A stretch of 36,411 nt of DNA from Anolis carolinensis (GCF_035594765.1 NW_026943823.1:1453590-1490000), one strand, 5' to 3'. Shown: positions 19,788 to 31,681, numbered from the stretch's first letter. A program made the numbers and translations. Notes: generated by a model not told the origin, from the letters alone.

Positions 19788-20981
19788 CCCTGGATGATGC
19801 AAAATGAACACTCTGAGGGGGAAAAAAAATACATGTATGAAGTGTCTGACTCATCCTCCTCTTCCTCCTCGCATCACTGCATTCCTCCCTATTTTGAGAG
19901 CAAAAATAGCTGTTGTGCTGTCGTCGCCGCCCGCCGCCGCCCTTTGCTGACGCTTCTCTCTCTGTCTCTGCGTCTGTCTGTCCTCGGACACCGTGGAGAG
20001 CGCACCCCCTCCTCCCCGCCCCCTCTTCCAGGTCAAAATGTACTGTACGCGGGTTACTTGTAACAGAGTTGCTGAGGCTGTCGTGGTCTTCCCACCTCCG
20101 GCCTTCTTCAGGGCAGCGTCGTGCATTCCTGTCGTGCGCACTTAAGCTTTTAATCGTAATTGTGTTCTACACAGTGATGCTGCTTACGTGTAGCTTGGTT
20201 TCAAAACAACAAAGAGAGAGATGTTCACACACACAATATACGTTTTTAACGATGACTTGAATGCGGATCTGTCCAGGCTGGTCATTTAACTGCTGGTATT
20301 AATTTCTCACGGCATCTGTAAATACCGCGCAAAAGATTCCCGCCCGTTCTCATCCTTCCTCCGTTTCTATTCATCCGTGTGGCGAAACATATTCTCAATG
20401 GAGGAAATGAGGGTGTGAGGAGGGGAAAAGGAGGGCCTCGTGCGGAGCCTTTCTGAGTGTAACACAACCACACACTCAAGGCGAAACGCTCTGTATCCTT
20501 TCTGTAGGACCGTTTTTGGCTATCAGGATGGCTTAGTGGAGCGGATACATTAAGAGAAGGGATTGGGATTGTTGCTTGGCTTGATAGTAAACCATAGGGG
20601 AGCGGGATCGCTTTGCAAACATCTTTTTTGATTTTAGGATTTTTAATGCCTACCTGTTACAGAAGATGATGATCACCAGATGCCACTGCTTTTATGTTCT
20701 GTTGGGAGAAGTGAAGAAAGATCTCTTGCATGCCTCCTTTTCCCTTCCCTCGGTTTGACAAAACCAATCCCACCTTTGCAGAAACATTTTTTTGTGTGTG
20801 CGTGTGCGTAAAGCTCAGTTTGTACATTTCGGATACCTTGAAGCAGCAGTTTGGGAGGAGGCTGGCCGATCCGTGCGTTTTGTCTGCTCTTCCAGTGTCT
20901 TCTGTGTATACATTGATCTGTTGAGTACAACTTTGCACAAGTAACCCCTGTAAGAAACTGTACATTTTTCAATTACTTGTA

Positions 20982-20987
20982 AATAAA
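20982..20987 (+). terminator. Probable UBE2A polyadenylation signal (3' UTR ~1.2 kb)
   Basis: First AATAAA I found after the stop, preceded by several TGTA elements and followed by a GU-rich tract (GTGCTTCTTTGT). Confidence 0.65.
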
Positions 20988-22515
20988 TGTGTAACCTTAA
21001 GTGCTTCTTTGTCGAGAGAGGGAGGGGGAAGGCATGTGCAAGTGCTCTTTCTAACATATTGCCCAGGGAATACATACATGTACATACATACATATTTTAA
21101 TCTTCAAATGCAGGTCGCTTTCTATCACCTTGTGCAAAAAAACGAGTGCCTGGCTCTATGCTCTATATCATGTCCATTGATTTAATAACATTATATACAT
21201 GGGTATATAATGCAGGAGGGGAAAATTGTGGCATTCCCAATAAAAATAAATTTCTGAAGGATTCTACCAGAAACAGAATAAAAACTAAACATACCCTCTG
21301 CCTTTCCTTGGAGCTAGCGAGGCAGTCTCTTTCTCTCAGGCTTCTGCTGCAGAATAGTTTATGCCGTATTCTCTCTCCGTAATACAGTTTTGGACCTATT
21401 TTGGTCATCTGGGTGTTTGAGACCAACTCCAAATTGTCAGAAATTTAAGGAACTGAAGCCTGAAACACCTGGAGAGCAAAAGGTTGGGGCAGAAGACCTG
21501 GACAGACTGTTAACCAAGCCGATTCCAAGTTTGTAGAATCAGGGAGATGGAGACCGGGTATAAATAGTTTAATTTATTTTTCCATCCTCTGATGTATACC
21601 ATCACTGCACCATCCTAAAGGAATGAGTGCAGTTCCTTAGATATAACTACAAGGCTGTGTTCCTGACTATAGCTTCGACTCAATTCAATAATTATGCCCA
21701 GAGGTCACTCTTGAAGATTTTTCAATAAAGGAGAGGGACAGGATTGCCTTACACACTGGATCTAAAGAGATCACCTGCTTAGCCTTCCTTGCCATGCGCA
21801 GAGCAAGACTGACATTTCAGAGAAGCAAGAACAGGCCTTGTTCTCAAAGCATTGTGTAGCCAGAACAGTGTGATATCTGCAAGGAAAAGGAAGGTTGGCA
21901 ATCCGCACGTGCAGCAGCGAGAGTGCCTTTTCCTTGCTGATCTCCCTTTTGAGACGCATAAGAAGTTGTGTAAGAAAACATTACAGTTAAGTATAGAAAC
22001 AAGCCAATGCTGCCTTCCTTGACCGCAAGGTTTGGTTCCTCTCCCTGTTGCATATGGAGTAGGATTCCTATTGGTCTTCCTATAGAGATAAAAGGGTGCT
22101 ATTTATTTATTCATTTCCTACTTTGAAAAACAATCCTAGCAGCTCAAGGTGAAACCCAAGAAACATGCATGTTCTATTGACATGGAAGTTCCATGCCAAA
22201 TAGTAAACAGATGTTGGATCCTAAATGAGTTGCACACATTAAGTAAGCTTGCTTTTTTGGCACAATTCTGATCATAACAGAGTTGGAACAGATCTCTCTC
22301 TTCCTGAAATACTATGGCATCAAAAGGCCCTTCTCACAAATGTATGGAGACCAGAGACACCAGAGGACCAGCCTGCAGTGCTTGCTATCGCTGTTGGTTA
22401 GGGAGCAGAACTTTGAACAAATAGGCTGAAAACACATTCCCGGCAAGTAGAACCCAACATTTTAAATAGAAAACGTGCCATTCTTTGCATGTCCGGAAAT
22501 AAAAATCTATTTTGT

Positions 22516-22521
22516 TTTATT
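22516..22521 (-). terminator. Probable NKRF polyadenylation signal
   Basis: AATAAA on the minus strand ~400 nt after the stop codon. Confidence 0.6.
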
Positions 22522-22914
22522 AATACCAACTTTACATATAGTATTCTTCATAGTGCCATCTTCCGTTCTCGCCTCGACTTCATTTTTTAAAAGGCAAAAC
22601 AAAGACACAAGGGGGTCGTCCTCCCTTCGTAATAAAATGTGGTCCTGCTTTCTTCCGGGCAGGCACGTTCCTTCCTGCAATTACAAAACCAGTAAAACGG
22701 GGAGGAAACGGGCCTTTTCCCTACGAGAATTCATAAAACGGGACCGCACTAATGTTATCCAGACAGCACTATGGAGGTTTGGACAGGACTCGTGATTCAG
22801 ACGTTCTTAAATGACAAGTAACACTTTCTCCCACAGTTGTCCTTTCCACACAAGAACACAGAGCCCGCTTTGTTTAATGGGGAAACCGAGGCCAGTCCGG
22901 TTGTGAGCTCGGCC

Positions 22915-24893
22915 TCACTTGTCCTGCGGCATGATGAGTTCGTAGTGGCCGACCTGGCCGTCCTGCTTCAGCTGGTCCAGCAGGTCCTCTCTGCGCCTCT
23001 TCCGACTGACCACCAGGTACCGGTCTCGGCCCTGGCCGTGCGACCGGCTCTTGAGCCCGTATTTCTGGGCGATCTGGTGGATCTGCTTGCGCTCGTCGTT
23101 GGTGAGCTCCGTGGAGAAGGTCAGGTCGACGTTACTGTCCGAGAAAGCGTACTTCTGGACAATCTGCTCGATGTCCTTCTTGGTGATCCTGGAGCCGCCC
23201 CTTGCCACGTCCAGCCCGAGGCCCTCCCTCTTGAACTGCTCCTTCACGGCGATCGGCTCCCGGATCCCCTCCCCGGTTTTGCCCAGGCCGCCGCCCGTCC
23301 AGCCCATTTTCCGGAGGATCTGGTTCCCGATGTTGTCCTCCTTGATCTGCTGCTTCATGGCGTTGCCCGCGGAGCGCCCGCAGATCTCGTTCCGCGAGAT
23401 GACGTCCTCGACGGCGCCCTTCTTCAGGTTGTTGACCACAGTGGGCTGGGTCTTCTTCAGGACCTTGACGGCCTCCTCGGCCGCCATGTGCTTGACGGTC
23501 TTCTTCACGTCGACGGCCTCGGCCACCAGCTCGTCCTCCAGCAGCACCTTGCACTTCCACTGCAGCCCCGTCATCCTCTCGAAAATGTACTCCACCGTCA
23601 CCTTGTTGAACTGGGCGGTGTCATTGAGGGTGCACACGGGGTTCAGGGAGTTCTCGTAGACCACAAGGTCCTTCAGGTCCTTCTTCTTGGCCGGACCGCA
23701 CACGCCGCCACCGCTGCTGCCACCCACCCTCTGGACCAGCGCCACTTTGTTGCCTCCGGCGTTGGGCTGTGTCCTCTGGAGGATCTTGAGCGCCTCGTCC
23801 GCCGCGGCGTGCTTGCTGGTCTTCTTGGTGCCGAACCCTTGCGCCAGGAAATGGTCCTCCAGGTAGACGCCGCAGCGCCACAGCCGGTTCTGCAGCAGCG
23901 AGTACTTGTACTTGATCGACATCCTGTTGAAGGTGGCCGAGTTGTTCAGGATCCCGATGGCATCGCTGGCGTTCTCGGTGAGAACAAAATCGGTCCAGTG
24001 CTTCCCCGAGCTGGGTCCTTGCAAGGGGTCGGGGCTGAGCTGCCCGGGGGAGGCCTCTTTCGTGGCCGCGGGAGGGTCGTCCAGCTGCTTGAGTGACGGC
24101 GGGAATTCGGGGGGCACCTTGCCGCGCTCGCATACCACCAAGTCCTCCCACGCGGCGCCCTTGAACTTCCGCTGGGCCGCCCGGACCTCCACCGGCTTCA
24201 GCAGCAGCAGCACCGCCAGCTCCGTGGCCCGGTCCCGGCACCCGTTCTTGCTCCCCGCGTACCCGGTGGCCAGGTACACGTCCTGGCACCTCACCTCGCA
24301 CACAAAGCCGTCTTTGAGGAGCCTTTTGCTCTCGGGGAGATCGGCCGGGGAAATATCTTTCATGGGGCAATAAATATACTCGGGGTTGGTCTTGCAGGCC
24401 TGGATGGACCGCGTCAACAGGTAAGTGTAGTTAACCTTCTCCGGCCCGCCGCCAGTTTCAGGGCTCGCCAGGTTCTTGCGGACGGCAGCGACGAGTTTGT
24501 TGATGAAATACTGTTTGTCACTTATCACTGTTTTCGGGAATGTTTCAGAGGTGGACGGGAGGTCAGATGGCCCACTCGCAGGCACAGCAACACTTGGATC
24601 AGAAGTGTCTTTGCTTTTGGGAACGGCCTTGGCTTCTGACTGGCTGCTCCCATAGCCTAAGCCCACTGAACGTGGAAGCAGAGAGTCCCCGTCCTGGGTA
24701 CTGAAGCTGCTGAAAACCTGATCAGCGTAGTTTTGGATTTGCTGGGTCGTGATGTTCTTCCTGGCGGGCTGCGTCTGGTTTTGCAAAGGCTCGTCCTTAT
24801 CTTTGTCTTGGGTGTTGCTGGCGACAAAGTGGATGGGTTCGAAGCGAGGCCGGACACGTAGTTTGGGAGCCTGCTTCCTCGGAGCCTCAAGAC
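22915..24893 (-). CDS. NKRF: NKRF large terminal coding exon
   Basis: Acceptor TTGTGTCCCGCAG| at 24894; long ORF ...RPRFEPIHFVAS...GQVGHYELIMPQDK*. Confidence 0.96.
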
Positions 24894-25010
24894 CTGCGGG
24901 ACACAAGCGGTACGTTGTGTTAAAACCTTTTATTCTCACCTATTATTATTAATAATACTTTTCTCCTGTGCCGTCAGCTGAAGGCCCCTCCCCCCAGTAA
25001 CATGCTATGC

Positions 25011-25067
<57 letters not shown>

Positions 25068-28000
25068 TTATATAATATACAATCGTATACAATAAAGACA
25101 GTTTAGACAGCAAAGACAGTTTCCATCTTGTCTCCTTGCTCCAGCTGAAGGCCCCTCCCACNNNNNNNNNNNNNNNNNNNNNNNNNNNNNNNNNNNNNNN
25201 NNNNNNNNNNNNNNNNNNNNNNNNNNNNNNNNNNNNNNNNNNNNNNNNNNNNNNNNNNNNNNNNNNNNNNNNNNNNNNNNNNNNNNNNNNNNNNNNNNNN
25301 NNNNNNNNNNNNNTACAATATAATTTACAATAATATATAATATATTGTATATGCATATAATATTAATAATATTTGGAAATACAATATAATACTAATAATA
25401 CAATATAATAATATTAATTATATATTATATATTACATGTAATATTATTAATAATATTACAATATATAGATACAGTACAATATGGTAATTTATTGCCAGTA
25501 CATATATTGTTCTATGCTAATAATATAATATTGTATGTAAATTTAATTTGTAAACTGCTCTGAATCCCCTTTGGGATGAGAAAGGTGGGATATAAATGTA
25601 TTAAATAAATAAATAAATAATATATAACATTGTATATACATATAATATTGATAATAGTATTATAATGTAATAAATAAAATACTAATAATAATACAATATA
25701 ATAATATTAATTATATATTATATATTACATGTAATATTAATAATATTACAGTATAGTGCTATAGTACAATATAGTAATATATAATGCTAACAGAGTGCTA
25801 TGCTAATAATATATTGTATGTACATGTAATTTGCAAGCCACTCTGAGTCTCCTTTGGGGTGAGACGGGCAGGATATAAATGTAGTAAGTAAATAAATTAT
25901 TATTAGGAGGAGTATTTATATCAGGCATGGGCCAACTTCGGCCCTCCCTCCAGGTTTTTTGGACTTCAGCTCCCACAATTCCTAACTGCCTACCGGCTGG
26001 TGTTTTACCAAACAGGCAAAAACACTTCTAGGAGTGGCAGCCAATTCCTTCGAATACATTTCACCATCTTGCCCTATCGCTTGGATTTGTTTAACATTGA
26101 AAATACCCATTTCTGAATGGAGAATTGGGTCTCAGGCTCTGCCAAGTGTTGCAGCAGTGGTATTTATTTGCACAGAACCCAGGGACGACATTTGGGAGAT
26201 CAGGAGGATGCCCTTCTTCCAAGGTCCAATGCAATGTTCTCAGCGCTACCTCGCTCTCTCAGGAGGTTGCAAGTCCTATGAGCCAGATGTCACACAGAGA
26301 ACTGGAGAAGTAGGTGATATCTCAGCTCCGTGCAGATCTTTTTCCCCACAGCAATGGCCATTGGGCAGAGCAGGCCCTCGGATACTCACTGCGGGAAGAA
26401 GTGTCCTGCAACGGAGAACCCGGCCTCTTTCTGTCCTTGGAGCCCGGCACCAGCTCAAAGGACGGCATCTCGCCCACGTCAATCCCTTCGGCCATTTGGA
26501 GGATTTTCTCCATGACTTGGGGGCTGTACCTGCATTGGAGCAAAGGACATGTCCAGTTACAGACCGCCCCTGAGTTACATGTATAAAGAAATTAAGTGCC
26601 TATCTCCTTTTCATTAAGAAGCCCAGCAGGTCAGAAGAAGGTCTACATGGAGAGAGATAGTAAGTAAGTAGTAAAGTGTAAGTAAACACGTGGGGACAGG
26701 GCCATGCTAGTAGCCGTAGACTATTCTGTGTTGTCATTTTACACATGTCAGAAGTGACAGTCTCAAAATGGGATCCTCCTCCTTGTGAGAAAGCTCCCTA
26801 CATATTTGAAACATGTGTTTCTTTTGGACAGGGACAAAGAGTTTATGGATTTCTGGAAACTGGTAAACCCATATGTGCAATTTCAGACACCACGAAGATG
26901 AAATTATTTTATTTGTATGAAAAACTTGTCTTCCAGGCACCCTCATTTTCAGAAAAGCAGGTATAAATACATATAGTACTATGACAACAACTACTACTAA
27001 TAAATACTGTATATACTTGAGTATAAGCCTAGTTTTTCAGCCCTTTTTTAAAGACTGAAAAAAGCCCCCCTCGGCTTATACTCGGGTGAGGGTCCTGGTT
27101 GGCTTATATTTGGGTCAGCTTATACTCGAGAATATATGGTACATTTATTATTTGTCTCTATTATTATTGGTATTGTTACATTTATTATTTTTCTCTATTA
27201 TTGTTGCTACTATTACATTTATTTTACTCTATTTTTATTATTATTAATACAAGTATTATTTTACTCTGATCTTATTATTATTCCATTTATTCTTTTACTC
27301 TAATATTCCATGTATTATTTTCCTGTATTGATTATTATTATTACATGTATTATTTTACTCTATTATTATTAAAAGGATACATAAGCACATTTACATTGAA
27401 GAAGATGAGAATAATAGAGATGGACAGTCTTATCTTAAATTTGAGCTTTATGTAAATATTCAAAAGCATTTAACCTACTGATGTCTCAATTAATGTAATT
27501 TTATTGGTATCTATTGTTACTTCTGAAATTTACCACTCTCGAGTCAATACTGGAGTCAATGTTTTCCCAGTTTTTTGTAGAAACATTAGGTGCCTTGGCT
27601 TATATTCGGGTCAGCTTATACTCGAGTATATACTGTAAATAAAGTTTGTATATAGATGGATTGCTAGCTTCATAGACAATGGTGCCCAGGTGCCAATAGT
27701 GTATGTACAAGTTGGGGTTTCCTCCATGGATGTCCCAAGTAGTTTATGTAGTCTTGACCATCCCAGCAGGGGACAATAATAATAATAGTAGTAATAATAA
27801 CAACAACTTTATTTATATACCGCCCCATCTTCTCGAGAGGACTCAGGGCGATTTCCAACATAGCAAAGAACCCATACAACAAATTAAACATAATAAAGAA
27901 TAATAAGCATGAAACAAGAACATACAATTCAAAACAACCACAAAAAAATTGAAAAAACAGTTACAAAATGTTCCGTCAGCGGGGCCAGATATAATGACCA

Positions 28001-29029
28001 GGGCTTCAGAGTGGGCAAGGCCAACTATAAAGTGCTAGGCAAGACAAGTGCAGCAGAAGATATACATTATATATAACTCAAAGGTGAAATCCAAGCTTTG
28101 TATGTAGAAAGTCCCAAGCTTGGTTTCTGTCAATTTCAGTCAAAAGGATGACATTTATTGTTGAACAAAAAAATGAACATTTCTTATATTCTGGACAGTA
28201 GCTGTCACCACAAAGCAGCATGACCAGACAAACTGAATCCTATCATGAATTTAATGTTACTACCATTATTTCCATGTACAACCATCTATGGTACGTACAT
28301 TTCCCGATCCTGCATGCTCTGGTGTTTCCAAACAAAAACTTTGCTAGGTCTTACTTTCGGGGGAGGCCTTATATTTAGCAACTCAGCAAAACCTCTACTA
28401 GGTCTTAGGTCTTATTTTCAGGGGATGCCTTATTTTCGAGGAAACAGAGTGTGTGTGTATGTATGTGTGTGTGTGTATATATATACAGTAGAGTCTCGCT
28501 TATCCAACATTCTGGATTATCCAACGCATTTTTGTAGTCAATGTTTTCAGTATATCGTGATATTTTGGTGCTAAATTCGTAAATACAGTGATTACAACAT
28601 AACATTACTGCGTATTGAACAACTTTTTCTGTCAAATTTTTGTATGACATGATGTTTTGGTGCTTAATTTGTAAAATCATAATCTAATTTGATTTTTAAT
28701 AGGCTTTTCCTTAATCCCTCCTTATTATCCAACATATTCGCTTATCCAAGGTTCTGCCAGCCCGTTTAGCTTGGATAAGTGAGACTCTACTGTACGGGAA
28801 ATGAACAATAAATAAATATTAGGAGAGTGGAATATAAATACTGTAAATAAACAATAAATAAATATTAGGTAAGTAGAATATAAATACTGCAAATAAATAA
28901 CAAATAAAGATTAGGAAAGTGAAATATAAATACTGTAAATAAACAATAAGAAAGTGAAATATAAATACTGTAAATAAATAATAAATAAAGATTAGGAAAG
29001 TAAAATATAAATACTATAAAGAATAAGCA

Positions 29030-29068
<39 letters not shown>

Positions 29069-29171
29069 TCTATTAGGAAAGTGTTTCTATCATATATATT
29101 CATTCCCCTATTAGGAAATAGACCTCTTTCTATAATGAAAGTATTCCTCTAATAATAATAACAACAACAAA

Positions 29172-29207
<36 letters not shown>

Positions 29208-30524
29208 TCTATTAGAAAGGTGTTTCTATAATATGTATTCATTCTCCAATTAGGAAATAGACCCCATTCTATAAGGAAGGTATTCCCATAATAATAATAA
29301 CAACAACAACAGCAACAACAAAACAACAACTTTATTCTTATATCCCGCCACCATCTCCCCGAAAGGACTCGGGGAGGCTTATACAAAGCACAATGTGCCT
29401 AAAAAGCAGAACAGGAAATAAAACACAATATAAAATACAACTGAATACTGTAAATAAACAATAAATAAATAAATATGAGGAGATTGGAATATAAATACTG
29501 TAAATAAACAATAAATAAATATTAGGAGAGTGGAATATAAATACTGTAAATAATCAATAAGAAAGTGGAATATAAATACTGTAAATAAATAAATAAATAT
29601 GAGGAGAGTGGAATATAAATACTGTAAATAATCAATAAGAAAGTGGAACATAAATACTGTAAATAAATAAATAAATATGAGGAAAGTGGAATATAAATAC
29701 TGTAAATAATCAATAAGAAAGTGGAATATAAATACTGTAAATAAATAAATAAATATGAGGAGAGTGGAATATAAATACTGTAAATAATCAATAAGAAAGT
29801 GGAACATAAATACTGTAAATAAATAAATAAATATGAGGAGAGTGGAATATAAATACTGTAAATAATCAATAAGAAAGTGGAATATAAATACTGTAAATAA
29901 ATAAATAAATATGAGGAGAGTGGAATATAAATACTGTACATAATCAATAAGAAAGTGGAATATAAATACTGTAAATAAATAAATGAATATGAGGAGAGTG
30001 GAATATAAATACTGTAAATAATCAATAAGAAAGTGGAATATAAATACTGTAAATAAATAAATAAATATTAGGAAAGTGGAATATAAATACTGTAAATAAA
30101 TAATAAATAAATATGAGAGTGGAATATAAATACTGTAAATAATCAATAAGAAAGTGGAATATAAATACTGTAAATAAATAAATGAATATGAGGAGAGTGG
30201 GATATCAATAGGAAGGGGCAGGGCCAGCTTGGGCCCTCCAGGGGGTGGGGACTACAACTCCCAGCATTCCTCACAGCCTGCCGGCTGTGAGGAATGCTGG
30301 GAGTTGTAGTCCCCACCCCCTGGAGGGCCTGAGGGGTCCCGGGGCGCCTCTGACCTGCATCCCATGGAGAGGTGGTTGGCCCAGGCCTGCGAGAGGGCCA
30401 GCAGCCTCCTCTGGCCGGCCTCCCCGTCGAAGCCGGCCCGGTTCCGCAGCAGGAACCGCCTCCGCAGCGCCCACAGCCGCTCGCTCTCCTGCGGCTCCCG
30501 CCAGGCTTCCAGGTCCGGCTCCAT
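22915..30524 (-). CDS. NKRF: NKRF, NF-kappa-B-repressing factor, full-length 762 aa (XTBD, dsRBD-like repeats, G-patch, R3H); complement(join(22915..24893,26390..26529,30355..30524))
   Basis: Exons of 170+140+1979 nt join in frame. G-patch EDNIGNQILRKMGWTGGGLGKTGEGIREP...GLG at ~23211-23340; R3H ERKQIHQIAQKYGLKSRSHG; MEKILQMAEGIDVGEMPS matches the NKRF N-terminal region; adjacent to UBE2A as in human. Intron 2 contains an N gap, so a hidden small exon cannot be excluded. Confidence 0.93.
25162..25313. other. Assembly gap (N run)
   Basis: 152 Ns within NKRF intron 2. Confidence 0.99.
26390..26529 (-). CDS. NKRF: NKRF coding exon 2 (YSPQVMEKILQMAEGIDVGEMPSFELVPG...)
   Basis: Acceptor CTCCAATGCAG|, donor CGCA|GTGAGT; phase 2 in, phase 1 out; internal ATG at 26513 corresponds to the short-form start. 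Confidence 0.9.
27007..27635. mobile_element. Tc2-like non-autonomous DNA transposon (inverted relative to the 2155 copy)
   Basis: TA|CTGTATATACTTGAGTATAAGCC ... GCTTATACTCGAGTATATACTG|TA; internal sequence is the reverse complement of 2155-2890. Confidence 0.8.
28260..28448. mobile_element. Tc2-like DNA transposon fragment
   Basis: Repeated GGTCTTATTTTCGGGG-like subterminal motifs ending CTTATTTTCGAGGAAACAG. Confidence 0.45.
28486..28792. mobile_element. Tigger/pogo-like MITE
   Basis: TA|CAGTAGAGTCTCGCTTATCCAAC ... TTGGATAAGTGAGACTCTACTG|TA. Confidence 0.85.
29440..30200. repeat. Dimeric minisatellite (43+35 = 78 bp) in NKRF intron 1; related units at 28800-29025
   Basis: Alternating GGAATATAAATACTGTAAATAAATAAATAAATATGAGGAGAGT and GGAATATAAATACTGTAAATAATCAATAAGAAAGT. 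Confidence 0.92.
30218..30331. mobile_element. Palindromic hAT-like MITE forming a perfect 47-bp inverted repeat in NKRF intron 1
   Basis: Arms 30232-30278 and 30283-30329 are exact reverse complements; related copies at 25922-26000 and 36247-36333. Confidence 0.75.
30355..30524 (-). CDS. NKRF: NKRF coding exon 1, XRN2-binding domain (XTBD)
   Basis: Strong Kozak CCCGCCATGG; MEPDLEAWREPQESERLWALRRRFLLRN...LLALSQAWANHLSMGC fits the XTBD pattern (ES..W..RR.F / LS..WAN..GC.Y); donor AG|GTCAGA is in phase with exon 2. Confidence 0.88.
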
Positions 30525-30720
30525 GGCGGGCCCTGACACGCGTCCGCGCCCTTCACACGTGCACGGGCGGGCGGGCGGGCAACCGCGGCCGTCTCCTCAC
30601 GGGCCCTTGTTAGTTGCACCGCCTCACGTGGGACGCCGCTTCCGGGACGCCGCTTCCGCCACAGCGCCCCTGCAGGCCGACGCAGGAACCGCACCTCCTC
30701 GCTTGCTGTGAGTCTTCCTC
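30525..30720 (-). promoter_or_regulatory. NKRF proximal CpG-island promoter
   Basis: Two CACGTG E-boxes (30556-30561, 30625-30630) and a duplicated GGACGCCGCTTCCG carrying ETS/GABP-type CGGAAG motifs. Confidence 0.7.
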
Positions 30721-30863
30721 TTTTTTTTAATTTTTAAATTTTATTTTTTTTAAATTTTTATTTTTAAATATTGTATTGCTCTTTCATTTACTAATATTGT
30801 GCTATGGTAATAATAGAATATATTGCGTATACATATAATATTGATACTAATATTATAATGTCA

Positions 30864-31319
30864 TCTATCTATATATATAAAAGAGTGATGGCATCACGGC
30901 GACCCACAAAACAACAAAACTACAGGCCCCCCAATCTCGAAATTTGACAACACAACCCATCATCCACGCCTCTAGGTTGATACAACAAAAAGAAAAGAAA
31001 AATATAGTCCTAATTAGAGAGAGAGGAATAATTGCTTTTATCCAATTGCTGCCAGTTAGAAGGCTAAGCTCCTCCAACTTGGTCTCCTAGCAACCCAATA
31101 AAAATAATAAAAACACTAAAAATTAATACAATAAAATACTATAATAACAGAAAATAACTAAAAATAATACAAGAAAATAATAAAATATAATAAATAAAAA
31201 TATAACTTACAATAAAATTAATAAAAAAATGCAAATAAAGTCAAATAAAAATTACACAACAATTTTCAACCAATACTACCACCACTTTGCCACAGCAACG
31301 CGTGGCCAGGCACAGCTAG
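30864..31319 (+). mobile_element. Non-autonomous Helitron, family A
   Basis: A|TCTATCTATATATATAAAAG ... GCCACAGCAACGCGTGGCCAGGCACAGCTAG|T. Confidence 0.88.
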
Positions 31320-31648
31320 TACAATATAATACTAATAATAATACAACATAATAATATTAATTAGACATTACACTATGTCTGTTTTTATTGTTGCTTTTAT
31401 TGTTTTTATTGTTATTTTAAAGCCAAGTGTATTGTTTAATCTATTTTTGTAAACCGCTCCAAGCCAAACTGGGAGTAGCGGTATATAAGTTTAATAAAAA
31501 AATAAAAAAATTATATATTAAATGTAATATTACTAATAATATTACGGTATAGTGGTATAGTACAATACAGTAATATCTAATGCTAAAATATTAGCATAGC
31601 ACAATTTTACATATAATATTGATACTAATATTATAATGCCATACAATA

Positions 31649-31679
<31 letters not shown>

Positions 31680-31681
31680 CA

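Noticed and set aside
22837-24373. Antisense and alternative-frame ORFs over NKRF (419, 202, 249, 155 aa)
   Set aside because: Shadow ORFs expected from the GC-rich codon usage of the real exon; no recognisable domains.
24894-24939. ORF-track N-terminus MRIKGFNTTYRLCPA of the 674-aa ORF
   Set aside because: Intronic sequence upstream of the acceptor at 24894; the true N-terminus comes from exons 1-2.
29379-30146. 255-aa and 167-aa hydrophobic repeat ORFs
   Set aside because: Translations of the 78-bp satellite.
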